From Rhina ancylostomus (Eukaryota), in assembly GCA_030265395.1 (NCBI GenBank), contig JARFYF010000074.1, positions 89,531,459-89,595,458 on the forward strand: DNA of 64,000 bases. The letters run 5' to 3'. The notes beneath the pieces are model-generated. The model was not told where the DNA came from. It did no database searches and saw only the letters and a list, made by a program, of their open reading frames with translations. A program made the translations under genes and the position numbers. Shown in pieces: positions 1 through 13,714 of the stretch. Numbering within the stretch: position 1 is the first letter of the stretch; each line of letters opens with the position of its first letter.

Positions 1-246
1 GGGGAATCTGAGGGGGAACTTCTTCACTCAGAGGGTGGTGCGAGTGTGGAACGAGCTGCCAGTGGAAGTGGTGGATGCGGGTTCAAATGTAACATTTAAG
101 AGAAGTTTGGATAGGTACATGAATGAGACAGGTATGGAGGGCTATGGTCCAGGTGCAGGTAGATGGGACTAGGCAGAAGCCCAGGCCATCATGGACTAGA
201 TGGGTGGGAGGGTCTGTTTCTGTGCTCTAGTACTCTATGACTCTAA
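1..246 (+). mobile_element. CR1/HER1-type LINE 3' end
   Basis: ORF2 C-terminal 'FFTQRVVRVWNELP' followed by the family tail ...tctgtttctgtgctct...ctctatgactcta, the same tail as the copy ending at 31130. Confidence 0.85.
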
Positions 247-1559
247 GTTATAAAATTCTGCTTGCTCTATCTCAAACAGTGCCTGAACATTCAGATAAAC
301 AATTGGTGTAATCTGGTATTAGCTTTCAAGGGTACAAATCTTGGATTTCTTGAGCTGTGATCTGAAATTGAACTCTGAGTTTTGAAGCTATGTGCACCCA
401 AGCCAGGATTGGAAGTGTGCTATAAAAAAGACTCTCCACCTAATTATCATCCCCTGCTGCTAGATGTCTGGCCTCTAGTTGCAAATTCATATATGTAGCT
501 AGGACTGGAAATGCAGTGGAGCAGGGAATCAGTGTTAACGTTTGTATGCACAGGATCAAAAATGCAGGTTTCAAATCTGCTACAAGTGCATAATTCTCTT
601 AACCTACAATAAGTGTTTAAAGATGACATAATTGGTAGAGATTTCTCTGTGCAACATGAGCATATGTGCTTTGTTCTTTAATGTGAAATGTCTTTGACCA
701 CTATTTTAAGGGAGTTGTCAAATACAAACGCAGCTGACAAATGATCTTCATAATACTTTGTTAAACATTCAGGTACTAAATCCTCCATTTCATTTTCACC
801 TACACTTTTTGAAGATGGAAAGGAACCTAAACGTGATTTATTGGCACTCATTGGACTAAGTTTAAGCTTACCAATATGCTTGTAATGGGGAAGCTGGGGG
901 ATGTGGGATGGTGGCAGACTCAAAATATTTTGCTACGTGTTTATCAGAACTACTTTAACCCAGCCACAGGCATGAAGATATTATTCTTAGGTTTCCTGGC
1001 CAATCGGGCTGAGAGAGCAAGATGATAATCTGCATGACTTATTTTCAGCTCCACTATTTAAAGGCACATAGGAAACCTGACGTTTGATGCTAAGCTCAGG
1101 GGCAGTGGGAAATGGAATGTAGATGTGTCAAGGCTGCTCCATTCTTCAGTGACTCCTTGGTGAAGGCTGCAGGGACATGCTGATGCGATGACAGAAACCC
1201 TCACTGACACCAAGACATAGCAGAAGACTGAGATATGGAAGTGAACATTGGGAGTGTGGCTTTCCATTTATAGATTCTGTTCCGTGAGTGGATTAATTAC
1301 TTCAGTAGATCATGAAAGATGAGTACAGTGGCACAGACACCTCCATCCTATGATGCATATCACTAACCCCTCGATCTTCCCTTTTAGGTCTGCTCCAACA
1401 CTTCACTTAGCAGCTACATTTTAAGGTGCATTCATCCCTCTCCATTTGTTTGCTTTCTCCTCATCTAAGTTCCTACAACACCATGGACCTTTTTTGTGAT
1501 AACCGGTATCATTCCCAATTCACTTCTTCAATGCATTCTATTATTCTCACCAATGGATC

Positions 1560-2115
1560 TCTACTGTCTGTCCTTGGAAGAGATAACTTGAGGGAGAGAT
1601 GGAGGACCTCATATTGCCCTCCAGACATCTCACCACATAATAAGCAGGACAGAATGCATGGGCTTGGAGACAAGGAGATGAATTCTCACAGATACCAGGT
1701 GACAGAACTCATATCATCTCACTACGGTCTATACAGTACTCACTTGTGTGGATCTGAAGCCAACAGCAAGTGATAATATGTATAATGATAACAAATAGTT
1801 CTAATTCATTCCTCTAACTGCCAACAGTGCTGTCATCTATTTCATGTGACATGCAACAGAGCCATATGTCCTTTCCCCCCAGAAGTGATCACTCACCCTG
1901 AGGTTCACTGTCACAGGACACATACCTGCCATTCACCAACTCAGTTACTCACACCGTAGGCCTGGTAAGAAAAATTGTTGTTTCTGAACATCGCAAGTGA
2001 GCTGGAACAGATGTGGAAAGAGGGACCAGCAGTGAAATGTCCCCACAGATGGTCACAGAATCCTCCAAGCTGCCTTCATCTGAATCCACTACTTTTGCAG
2101 GTAAAATTCCCTCCT
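1560..2115 (+). mobile_element. possible very decayed PIF/Harbinger transposase remnant
   Basis: Only weak translated fragments (QVTELI) and a terminal-like gtaaaattccctcc; many stops and frameshifts. Confidence 0.25.
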
Positions 2116-2464
2116 TGGCATCAGACAGGAAGTTAAGTGGTCATGATAAGGGGCAAGGGACATGGCATAAAAATTCAGTATAGGGAAATTTGCCTGATTA
2201 TATTCTTCCTGAGCACAGAGGCAGTTATGCTGAAGAATTGAGTTCTACTAATTCAACGTAGATAAAGTTTAGGGATCTCCTATTTTAGAGCTTATAGATT
2301 CTCAGTAATACACTTACAAAACAAATTATCAGAAAATTAGATCTGGTCCCCCGAGATTGGTGGTGCCTGCCCATGGATTATGCTACTTTTGGTGTACTGC
2401 ATTGGATGCTTATAATGAATTCTCCTCTGTGCAGAATGCATGTATTAAGTCAGCAAGTGTGACC

Positions 2465-3080
2465 TTGAACTTCCAGTTGCCTGTCTCTAATTCTTCATTC
2501 TAGTCCTACTCTGACCTCTGCCTTCGGCCTCATACCCTGTTCCAATGAAGTACCCACTCTTCCGAAACATTACATTACACATTACAGAACTCAACGTTGA
2601 ATTCAAAAATTTCAGACAACCAGCTTTCTAGTTTGTATTGGAACTGGCCAATTCTGATGAAAGGTCATCAATCTATAACATTAACTCCATTTTTTTCCCA
2701 CCACAAATGCTCCTTGATCTGCTGAGTATTTTTCATTCTCTTTTCTCTCACTTTTCTAGGAACCACATTGTTTCATATCTCACAGTTCATCATTGCATTT
2801 TCCTCTTTCCCTGCTATCATCATCTGCTTCTATTAACATTTTCTCCAGACAGATCAGATGCAATTAACAAGCCTTTATCACTTTCAGCTGGCACCGCCAG
2901 CTTTTGTGTCATTCCGTCGTTTTTGGTCTCCATCCTATCACAAACATTCCCATAGTTCTCCACATTCCTCCCCTTTCTCCGGACCTTAAAACATGTTTAA
3001 TTTCTACCTTCTCTGAGTTCCTAACCCTTTGATTCACTCCAAAGATGTTGCTTGGCCTGATGAGTATTACTGCTTTTTTC
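2465..3080 (+). mobile_element. Penelope-like element 3' end with pseudo-LTR copies
   Basis: Decayed GIY-YIG C-terminus (...GLIPCSNE...LNVEFKNFR), then ttctgatgaaaggtcatc...gatctgctgagtatt terminal repeat; second degenerate copy at ~3000-3080. Confidence 0.7.
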
Positions 3081-3221
3081 AGTGTAGCCTGATCACAGTC
3101 TTCTGCTGGGCAGCTGGTTTAGAGTTCAGCTGAGAAGTATAGTGGGGGACAGAGTCTCCGTCAGCCCTAGTGACTGACTACATTAATAGGTTGGCTGGTG
3201 AGGGCCTTGGACTTTTAAAGG

Positions 3222-3550
3222 TTTACTGTGCAGAAACAGGCCCTTCGGCCCTCCATGTCAATGCCAACCTATCTACCCAACTACACTAATCCTGTTTGCC
3301 TGCATTAGGGCTGCATCCTTTTTTGCCTTGCCTGCTTAAGTGTCTGTTTAAATGTCTCTTAAACGTAGTGATTGTATCTGAGTCCACCATCCCCTCAGGC
3401 AGCAAGCTTCATATATCAACCACGCTCTGGTAGTAAAAAACATTCCCCCTCAAAAAAAACATTCCCCCTCAAATCCCCTTTAAAAAAAATTCCCCGTCAA
3501 ATCCCCGTTAAAACCCTTCACCTTAAAACTATGCCTTTTTGTTTTGGTAA
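3222..3550 (-). mobile_element. CR1/HER1 LINE 3' end with small internal tandem duplication
   Basis: cagaaacaggcccttcggccc is the reverse complement of the CR1 tail; aaaa(c/a)ttcccc(c/g)tc repeated at 3437-3498. Confidence 0.8.
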
Positions 3551-5069
3551 TAGCTCATTTATATGCCTATCTACTGGCAGATTTCAGTGGAAGTTTTGCC
3601 CAAGTGCCTTTGCAATATTAAAGGATAACACTGCTATCCTTCATGTATGACAATAAACTAAGGTGCTATTGTCCTAATCAGGGCAAAACATCCCACATTT
3701 GATATATTAATCCAATGGCCTGGCCACTAATGCCTAAAAGAAACTCCTCCTTGGATCCCATCGTAAACTAAATGTTCAATGTTTGTCATCTACTCTGGTT
3801 AACTATCTTCCTCGATCCAGTTATTGTGAGTAAATGGTAAAACATATCAAAATGTCATTCTCTCCCCAAATCGTCAACTGCCACATCATTCGAAAATCTA
3901 GTATTTGTCACAGATTTGAAGCTCAGTCAAACCTACTTCTGAATGGTACAAACAGATTAGCTGCAAGATTTTCCCAGTAATGATTGGGTGCACTCTGCTG
4001 ATAATGATGAAATGTTGCTCTGCATCCAGCTGCAAACAATGTACACAAGGTTTGAAATAAAAATTGCCACATATCTTGGCCCTGAAATGTGAACAATATT
4101 TTGGCAGATTTCATCCAATTAAATTTCTTGGCAAATTGAAGGAAAATAGGAAGACACATGGGATTAATCTCCAGTCTTTCTCTCGCGTTATCCATCAAAA
4201 TTGTAGCTTTGTGAGACATTATGGGAAAGATTTCTCTGTAACTATGTGAAGCAAAAACAAAATTGTTTTTATAAAGAGAGTGCCAGAGACAAAGGAAGCC
4301 ATCTTCCCCCTTAATGTCCTTGTCGAGCCTCATTAAAATAATGTTCAAAGCTGATTGGAGAAAATCACAATACTTTAGTCTCTTATATAACATTTGAATA
4401 AATTTATACTTTACATGTATAAATCAATTCATCTATGAACAACATTAGCCAGTTATGCTGTGATTAATAAGAGGACTAGATGGTGCTGGAATGCATTGGG
4501 CCTCCTATAGGTGTGATTCCAACAAAATGAACAAGTGGAGTCTTGTTCAGTTTAAGCAGCTGTGTGGTCAGCAGGGAGCAGCCTGTCAAGCCAACGCGAG
4601 AAGAACTATGACACTTCTGATTAAGACACTGTTTGGAGTAATAATTCTGTCAGCAAAATACCCTCCAATGGGCAATAGCTTTTTAGAGAGTGTTTCTAAA
4701 CACGAACCATAATTTTATACAATCAAATTACAGATAACTTGTTTGCATTTTCTTTTTAAATTTCTATTATTTTGGAAATTTTCCCTAGAATTGCAATTAT
4801 CAGTAATGATATTTTTATGGACATCATTAAAAGAGACACCACTTCTTTGTATGCTTTCCCAGACTTATGAAAATAGATGACTGAGATCCACATATGAAAG
4901 TAATTTATTTAAATACACTTTTTGTGTAAAAAAGTATTAAATGAGTATAGGAATGTATTTGTTGCATTAATGCCAGTTGACCTTTAAGGAACAAATTAGT
5001 GCTATCTCACATGCATTTATCATCAAGATAAATCCATACCAAAGCATATATTAACTAATTAAATGTCAG

Positions 5070-5370
5070 TTTTGGCTCAATGATATTACCCAGGGCACTG
5101 AGTCATTGGTGCATGAAATCAAGCTCCACTTCCAAAGACCTGGGTGTGTGATCAAGGCTGATTCTCTAATGCAATACTGAGAGTGTTCTATGCAATAAAA
5201 TGTTAAACATCTTCAGTGGATGTAAAAGAAAGTGCAACACAGAGAGCAGAGATTTTCCTGGCCAACATATATCCCTTAATCAATACCACTGAAACAGAAT
5301 ATTTTAATACTTAACCAATTGCCATTTGTGGGATATTAATGTTCAGAAATTGTTTGTCATGTTTAATATT
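5070..5370 (+). mobile_element. ancient Deu-domain-type SINE (SacSINE1-like)
   Basis: tggctca...ctgagtca head, aggctgattctctaatgcaatactgag, tcctggccaacatatatcccttaatcaataccact, ttgccatttgtgggat. Confidence 0.6.
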
Positions 5371-5479
5371 ATAGAAATTCAAATTAATTATTTAACTCTG
5401 CAATCTACTGCATGAAAAATTGTTATATTTCCCAGGGCAGGAAAAAGGAGAAAGAAGAAAATGAAAGTCAAAAAGAAAT

Positions 5480-5790
5480 AATGCTTTAATATCCTGTCTT
5501 AGTTTCAGCTCATCCCAAGCACTTTATAGCAAATTAAGTACTTTTGAAACAGTTATTGTGTAGAATACAAAGCAGCAAATATAGAACTACATCCCACAAA
5601 GAGTAACCAGATAATGACCAGATAATCTATTTCATAGTTTTGATACTAGACTGATAAATATTGAGCAAGAAGCTTTGAGAACTCCTCTTCTCTTCTTCCA
5701 CATGCCCATCTAAAACGATAGGCAAGACTGTCCGATCCCACAGTACTGCACAGAAATGTCAGCCTATAATATGATAGTCTCTGAATCCCA
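5480..5790 (-). mobile_element. ancient Deu-type SINE fragment
   Basis: catcccaagcacttta...tcccacaaa...ataatgaccagataatct...ataaatattg...cagtactgcacagaaatgtcagcct is the reverse of the same family. Confidence 0.55.
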
Positions 5791-6080
5791 TACTGATCCT
5801 GAAAATATATTTAGTAGCTATTTCACTATAATGTAACTAAAATAACTTTTCACTTGGCAATGATAAACCTTTAGAAGAGTAAATCCATAAAATATGCAAG
5901 GCATCATTCTGATTAAAGATTGAGAAAATAAAATAGTACTGCGCTAACAAGAAATGCCAGTTTGAAATTGTGGATTCAGTAAACAGTTTTCAGGGCTAAT
6001 TCATGATTCTCATGATTTAAACCCATCTTTAAGAACTGAAATAGTCACTTACTTGTTAAGCTGTCAAACACCAACTAGAA

Positions 6081-6390
6081 GCAGTTTTCCTGAAGCCACT
6101 TCCACTGAAACCATGCAGTGAGCCATCTGGGAGAAGAGCAAATATTGTAGGGTGGTTCAGGGACTCAAAGAAAGGGCCCCAAGCTCCTGACAAGGCTTGG
6201 GAAATCTAGCGGACAGATCCAGAGAAGGAGAAATGCACTAGCCTTCATTGAGGAAGGAAGGCACAGATCCTGTTATGTGGTGCATGTGGGAAGAAATTGC
6301 CAGAGAATTCCCAGCCAGGAGGGCTGGTGCCAAAACTTGGGTGCGGTGTTACAATTAATTGAACAATTCAGCACAATTAGTCAAGGTAAG
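6081..6390 (+). mobile_element. decayed Harbinger Myb/SANT-like gene, first exon
   Basis: From 6287 translates WEEIAREFPARRAGAKTWVRCYN*LNNSAQLVKV and ends at aag|gtaag; fits the W-x-x-IA...RTW-x-QC-x-KKFNDL pattern. Confidence 0.6.
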
Positions 6391-6784
6391 ATTCCATCTC
6401 AGAAACACCCTACTCAATAATTGCACCAGCATCACAACCTTAACACACATCGAACAATACATTGAAACTATATACCCTACACTTCAACAAGCACTATTCA
6501 TACATCAGGCACATCTCATGATTCTTCAACCATTGCAATTACATCTGTCAAAACTCTTATTCACATTTGTCATTCTTTCTCTTTCATGAAAAAAGTAGCT
6601 TTTAACATGCAGCAGCAAGAAGTGTCATTAGTGGGGGTTGGGTATCAAGCAGGTGTGTTTGACATCACACTCCATGATTGAAGGCAGTGCTTCCTTACAA
6701 TTCCACAACTATTGCGAATCTCTAATCCTCTAGACCCATCCTCCTAAACTCCATATTGTCTCATTTAACCCATCCAAGACAATC

Positions 6785-6900
6785 AAGAAGCCAAAAATCT
6801 GTAGAGGCAGAAATCTGCATTAAAAACAGAATACTCAGAGGTCAGACAGCAGTTGTGCAGAGAGAAACAGAGTTAATATTTCAATGACTTTTCATGACCT
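6785..6900 (-). mobile_element. Penelope terminal-repeat / MER6-like half element
   Basis: aaaaacagaatactcagaggtcagacagcagttgtgcagagagaaacagagttaatatttca. Confidence 0.55.
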
Positions 6901-8120
6901 GTTGCAAAAGTCCACCTTAAATATAAGCTGGTCAATTGATTATAAAAAGAATATTGTAAGCTGAATATAGCTTTAATTAACATTTGAAATCCTGAAGAAT
7001 ATCTATATTACTCCCAGAGAGATAATTAAATTGTCAATCAGGTCATTAAAGATTCACTTTGTGACCTCATGCATTCTTCATCTCCTTTATTAGGACAGCA
7101 TTTTGTGCTAACTGTGGGCTCAAATGGCATATACAACCTTAGACCCAACCTTGGCTACCCCAGAGGCTCCTCAGCTGCTAAGGTACCTGGGGAAAGTTAT
7201 CCTCATAGTTTTTATGGCATAACACATGAGAGTTCAGAAGAACTGCATCAGCTCACATTGGATCAAATGTAACCATACAGTAGAGAAAGATATAGTGAAG
7301 GGGGAACAGGAAGTGATTGGTGATACACATTTACTTTAGTTGTAAGGTGCAAACTTAATATTTTTGCCAATGTGTCAAAGCTGGGGAGTGCTTAACCCAG
7401 GATATTTGGTGGGCCAATACATCAAGAATTCTCCACGTACTGTATACAAAAAGTTAACAACCAATAATATATTAGAAATTAAATCTCCAGCCAATGTACA
7501 ATATTTGTATTACAGAGCTAAAATTCAGTTCCTTTGACATTGAATTTCACTACCAGATTGTGCATGTGCCTCAAGGTGAATTTCTACCCCAAATACTCTG
7601 TTACACTGGGAGTAAATTTCAACTTTTGCCTGTCACTTCAAATAGTGATGATTAGTGCAGGGAAACTTAATAAAAAACCCTTAGGCATATGCTTGGATGT
7701 AAAACACCCACCAGATGCAATTTTCCTTGCTCTCTCTTCCCCCCTCTCCTCGCTCTCTCCGCCCCCCTCTTAGGACTATATGTTTAAAATCAACTGCATT
7801 ATCCCTTTATGTTTTAAAAGAGTCCATGTTGGTAGGGAACTTCTGAAAGACATGCAAAACAAGAGCTGAAATTGTATCTTAAGCTTCTTAACACTTGGCA
7901 CCAATTCACCAGGCTGTGGCTGCAGAATACTGCTCCATTATGCATGTTTATGTGTTATGTGTGTGAATGATACACATATAGATTTTTGTTGAGTGGTGTG
8001 GCAAGATGCAGCTAACACCTGCTGAAAATTTGTAGGATAAGTTGCTCAGGACATCAGTTACATCCCATTGTTCATTTAATGTCTGCACTGCTCAACTAAT
8101 GTCCTCTTTTAACCTCACTC

Positions 8121-8433
8121 AGAACATAGAACACTACAGCACAGTGCAGGCCCTTCAGCCCACAATGTTTTGCCAACATCTTATCCTGCTCAAACGTCTA
8201 TCTAACCCTTCCCTCCCACATAGCCCCCTATTTTTCTATTATTCATGTGTCTACCTAAGAGTCTCTTAAATGTCCCTAATGTATCTGCCCCACAACCTCT
8301 GCTGGCTTCCACGCAGCCACCATTCTCTGTGTAAAAAAACTTACCCCAGATATCCACCTTATACCTTCCTCCAATCACCTTAAAATTATGTCCCCTCGTG
8401 TTAGCCATTGTTGCCCTGGGAAAAAGTCTCTGA
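8121..8433 (-). mobile_element. CR1/HER1 LINE 3' end, ends at gap
   Basis: ORF 8202-8408 ANTRGHNFKVIGGRYK...FF; tail acagcacagtgcaggcccttcagcccac. Confidence 0.85.
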
Positions 8434-8533
8434 NNNNNNNNNNNNNNNNNNNNNNNNNNNNNNNNNNNNNNNNNNNNNNNNNNNNNNNNNNNNNNNNNNN
8501 NNNNNNNNNNNNNNNNNNNNNNNNNNNNNNNNN

Positions 8534-9130
8534 CGTCAGGACCTCATCTCTTCTCCTTCCCATGTCATTGGTACCAATATGGACCACAACCTCTGGCTGT
8601 TCACCCTCCTGCTTTTGAATGCCATGGGCCCAATCTGAGACATCCCTGACCCTGGTAACTGGGAGGCAACGTACCATCTAAGGGTCTCTCACTTCCACAG
8701 AATCTCCTGTCTACCCTTCTTAGGGGATTCCATAGTTTCACTACCACCCTCCTCTTTTTCCCCCCTCTCCTTCTGCACCACACAACCCAGCTCAGGGCCA
8801 GAGATCTGGTTACTGCAGCTTTCCCCCAGTAGGCCATACCCCTCAACAGTATCCAAAGTTGTGTACCTGTTAGCAAGAGGAACAGCCACAGGGGTACTCT
8901 GCACTACTTGCCTATTCTCCCTCTTTCTCCTAACAGTCACCCAGCATCCTACAACTTAGGAGTGACTACCTCCCTGTAGTTCTTATGAGCCAAAAGTCAC
9001 CCAGCTGCAACTCCATTTCCCTAACACAGTCTGGAAGGAGCTGCAGCTGGATACACCTCCATGCAGATGTAGTTATCAAGGAGGCCAGATGTCTCCCAGA
9101 ACTCCCACATCTCACAAGCTATGCACACCA
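8534..9130 (-). mobile_element. CR1 ORF1 fragment (SGNH esterase-like)
   Basis: VRCLP...RVRDVSD...EQPEVVVHIGTNDMGR; upstream VPLANRYTTLDTVEG. Confidence 0.85.
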
Positions 9131-10139
9131 CTGACCCCAGAGCCATCTGCACTACTCTGGCCTGGCTCTAAAAGACACAATAAAGCCAAGAAAGGAAGCA
9201 TCTTACCTTCAGGAGGTCAGTCCTCATTCATACACACACTAACACAATGGCCACTCCATTTATACCTGCCTTCCCTTTATTTGCCACTGTTAATAAGCCA
9301 ATCAGCAGGTAACAATTTGCAAATGTGCCTTATTTAGAATCTTGCAAGGTGAAACTCAGAAGCACAGGCACAGAGACTCACCTTGTAGGTATAAGGATGA
9401 TAATTATAGTTATTAATGTTCAGTATTGATGGATGTCTTCAAGTTATAAGCAGCATGCTTAACATATAGGTTTCCTTAAGAGCCAGGCTGAACTAGTCAC
9501 ACCACCGTAGTCAAAAAGACATGATTTATTTACACAAAATTCATTTTCATTTTTACACTATAAGAGAGCAGCTCTTTAAGTTTTGGGATCACATTAAAGA
9601 AATTGGTTTGTGAGTGTAATGTCTGGCTGGTGGAATGAAAACCTCCCATATTTTGTAACTTTATAATGCAACATAGAGCTTTATTAGTGCTGCTACTCTC
9701 TGCACCTGGAAAGCACTGCCCCACCAAAAACGTGGAATTGGCAGTAAAACCAAAATTATTTCAAACAAATGTGCAGTCTCCCAACTTCTTTAAGCCAGTT
9801 TACAGGGAACGCAGAGAATGTGTGCTTGCACACGCTGAGCAGCTTTCTCTAAGCATTCTATCATGAAAATGTTTTAACAGTTTACAAATTAAAAATCCAC
9901 TCATATTAAGTGCACTAAAGATCAGAACCTAGTATGGAACCCTTTTATACATTGATACATTTTGCTGAGTTGTTCGATGTGGTTTCAACTTAAATCTCCA
10001 TATCAGCCAAATACCAATATAGATGACTGCTTGTTTGAAAACTACCCACAAGTAAATTTTTTCCATTCTTAGTGTGGAGCCTTTTACAGATGTCTGACTC
10101 ACCTCAACTAATAGTTTCCCTGTAAAGTGGGTTTCAGAA

Positions 10140-11790
10140 TCACTGAAAATTTATGACATAGAAGGAGACTATTTGGCCCATTGACCCCTTCCTGTCATAA
10201 AAGAGCCCAATTCAACTTTCCAGTATCAGGTCTGTGACCTTGCACTTTATGGATCATCAAGTACACATCCAAGTACTTTTTAAAAACTCTAACATCATGA
10301 ATTTCAAACACACATCACCATCTTGGTGAAAAACCTTTTCCTATCTCTCTATCCTATCTTCCTATCCTTCTACTAATAATGTCTCATGTTATTTTTTTAC
10401 CCTTCCATTGAAGGAAATTGGTCCTTATTTACTCCATATGGGCCACTCATGAATTTTTCACCACTTCAGTTCTCCCACAGTCTCTTCTTCAAAGAAAACA
10501 CTCTTTGCCTATCCAATCTTTTTGTGCAACTAATATTTTCCAATCTTGGTAACATCCTCATAAATCTCCTTTGCACCCTTTCCAATGCCTTCATAGTTTT
10601 CCTATAATGTGATGACTACACTGCATGCAGTACTCAAGTTGTGATGTAACTAATGTTGTATACAGTTCTAGCATAACCCCATTCTACACTCCATGCTTCA
10701 GCTAATAAAGGAAAGCACCCTGTTATGCCTTTTTAATCATATCATTGACTTGTCCTGTGACCTTTAAGGATCTGTGACATGTACGCCAATGTTTTCTCCA
10801 TGCCCCTCAGCATGAACCTTTTTCCTGTACAACTCCTTGCCTTGCTGCAGCTCCCCAGTGCATTATCTCATAATTCTCTGAATTGAATGCCACCATCACT
10901 TTTTGGCCCAAATGACTTTAAAGATTTCCTCATCACTTTCAACCACATGGTCGAGTTTTGTATCATCTGAAAATTTCTTTATCATGCCCTTACATTTAGA
11001 TCTAAATAATTATAAACACGAAGGGACTAAGTACTGAGTCTTGTGGAACTTGGGCAGCCTTCCATTCACAAAAACACCCATCAATCATAACCCTCTGCAT
11101 CATGCCACTGAGCCAATTTCAGTCTATATAGACCACATCAAACACACTACTGTTACTGATCCTCTTTGTTTTATCCCCCCAAAATTCTGTCAAGTTAGTC
11201 AGATGTAGCCTACTGTTACCAAATTCACTCTGACTGTCCTTGATTAACCTGTGAATTCTTAATGAAGGTTTATGTTGGCCCTTAGAATGGACACCAATAA
11301 TCTGAATACCATTTAACTTAATCCAGCTGGCCTGCAATTACTTAGTTTATCCCTACCACCCATTTTAAACAGTGGAACAAAGTTAGCAGCCCTCTAACAC
11401 CACCATTAAGAATTGATAAATGATAATTAGAGCCTCTGCAACCTTTTAATAGCCTGGGCTATATCTCATCTGGGCATGGTGATTTATCCACTTTCAAATA
11501 TTCCAAGCCATTTAATATTTCTCTTGTTATGTTTATCTCATCTAATATTTCACATTCATCCTCCTTAATCACAATAGCATCATTCCCCTCTCTTGTGAAG
11601 ATAGTTGCCAAGGTATTCATTAACAAATTCCACTCTACCCCCTCCTTCACACACAGGTCAACCTTTGGGTCCCTAATTAGTCCTATCCTTTCTTTAGTTA
11701 TTCTGTTACTCTTTATGCAGTTATAAAACATATTTGGATTTACTTTGATTTTACCAGTTACTAGTTTTTCATACTCTTCCTTTTCCTTTA
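10140..11790 (-). mobile_element. decayed CR1 ORF2 and 3' end
   Basis: LKVDKSPCPDEI, LIKDSQSEF...LTNLTEF...VFDVVYID; CR1 tail near 10150-10190. Confidence 0.8.
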
Positions 11791-12334
11791 ATTTTATCCT
11801 GACACCTTAGATACCTTCTGTTATAACAAAATGCAATATATATTATGTGAGACATAACTAACTCAAGATAGTAATCTGACAGATAGATGTTGGGCAGGGC
11901 ACAAAACTGTAGGAAACTTGGTGGTAAGAGGGCCAGGAGCAGGTAACTGCTCAGCAGGTAGGAACATCAGGTGGTCCTTCGCTCTCAGGGGTAAGAACAT
12001 TGGGAGAAAGGGGAAGCCTGAGGCAGAAGAACAGTGATCATTCATTACTTTGGATCCGTAGAGTAGATTTTGTCCCAAAAGAAGCTTTTCATCCCATCAA
12101 ATCTCTGCCATCTTTTTGTAAGAACAATCCATTCGTACCATTCCAGTCTCTTCCCTAAAGTCCTGTGATGCTTTCTTTGCTTCAGGTATTTATCCAATTC
12201 TTTTTGAAAAGTTATGATTGAATATATATCTGCTTTAATTTTTGGATTGAATTCCAGGTCGTATCTGGGCCTATAGTTTGGAGAGTACCAAGTGTGGCCA
12301 CAGACTTCTTATGAAAGGGGGAGAACAACTCACC

Positions 12335-13635
12335 TGTTAGACAGACATCAGTGGATGGAAAAATGTCAGAATCCATAATGAAGGATTTAATACATAACAC
12401 CTGGCAAACAATAATAGGACTGAGCAGAGCCAACATAGATATATGAAAGGAAAATCATTCTCAAATAATCTGCTGGAGATCTGGAATATAAAGGGGAAAC
12501 AAGTGGATGCAGAGTATTTGGATTTCAGGTGTTCAGTAAGGTCTGGCTCAGAAGATTGGTCAATAAGGTTATAACATATAAAATTGGGGATAATATACGG
12601 ACATAGATTGGTTATCAGACAGGAAGCAAATGAGGGGAAACAGATACTTTACCGATTGGCAGGCTTTGACTAATGGCTGTTACAGATATTGCTCCCAGCT
12701 TTTCACAATCTACACCAACGATATGCCTGAGGGGACCAAATGTCATATTTCCAAGTAGATGAGATTGTGAGTAGGGAAGACACATAAAGAGGCCTCAAAG
12801 CGATATAAACAAGCTAGATGAAATGGGTGAAAACATGACAGACTTTGTTGCACAGATCAGAAAAGCTGAGTATTTGTTAAAAGGTGAGAGATTGGGTAGT
12901 GTTGATGTTTAAAGGAATTTAGTTGTGCTTGGACACAAGTCACTGAAGGCCAACATGCAGATCCAATAAGAAATTAAGAGGGCAATAGGTATGCTGGCCT
13001 CTATTATGAGAGGAATTGTACACAACAGTAAGGAAGCCTTATTGCAGATGTCTAGGGCCTTAGTGAAACTGCACCGGGAATATTGTATACAGGTCCTCCC
13101 CAGGAAGGAAGGCCCAGCATATGGGCATCCCATACATATGAGTGGATGTTTGGGAGACCGGTGGATAGATGGGGATGGACTTGCTGGCTGCAGGCATCTT
13201 CTGCCAGGTGGGAACAGATAATTTCTGTGGGCCTTCTCTCCCCACCCTCTCCTCCCTCAGAGGCAACAGTCGGGGGCTAGATCAAGCCAAGCAGAGCTTG
13301 GAGCACTGAGCAGACTCACTCACTCACTTACTGAGTCAGTGAAGCTGGCTGACAACTGCACTTCCCGTGCCTGCTCACTCTCCTGTCACAGATGTTTCTA
13401 TTCATATTCAATTTATGAATAGCTTGGGTTACACACACTTCTCAGGAATGGAACGCTGTCATAACCTGAGGACATCCTGTACAGTTTTGTTCTCCCTACC
13501 TAAGAAAGGATGTACTTGTCACTGAGGGAGTGCAGCAAAGAATCATGAGAATAGTTCCAGGGACGGCAGGATTATCATATAAGGAGAGGTTGAGCTGACT
13601 GCAACTGTGTTCTCTGAAGTTTAGAAGAATGGTGC
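12335..13635 (+). mobile_element. decayed CR1 RT/3' region split by a MITE at 13090-13479
   Basis: MLASIMRGI..SKEALLQMSRALVKLHREYC continues after the insert as cagttttgttctccctacctaagaaaggatgta. Confidence 0.8.
13090..13479. mobile_element. Tc1/mariner (Tigger-like) non-autonomous DNA element
   Basis: TA duplicated at 13088-89 and 13480-81; imperfect TIRs caggtcctccccagg / cctgaggacatcctg; host CR1 rejoins when the element is removed. Confidence 0.75.
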
Positions 13636-13714
13636 AGGATATCCTAGAAGGCTCTTCAAATGCGGTCATATGCTCCATAGGCTAATTTCATAATTATCCA
13701 ACCTATATCCCATA

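Noticed and set aside
3923-4393. 156-aa minus-strand ORF
   Set aside because: No recognisable domain or splice structure; composition typical of AT-rich non-coding DNA
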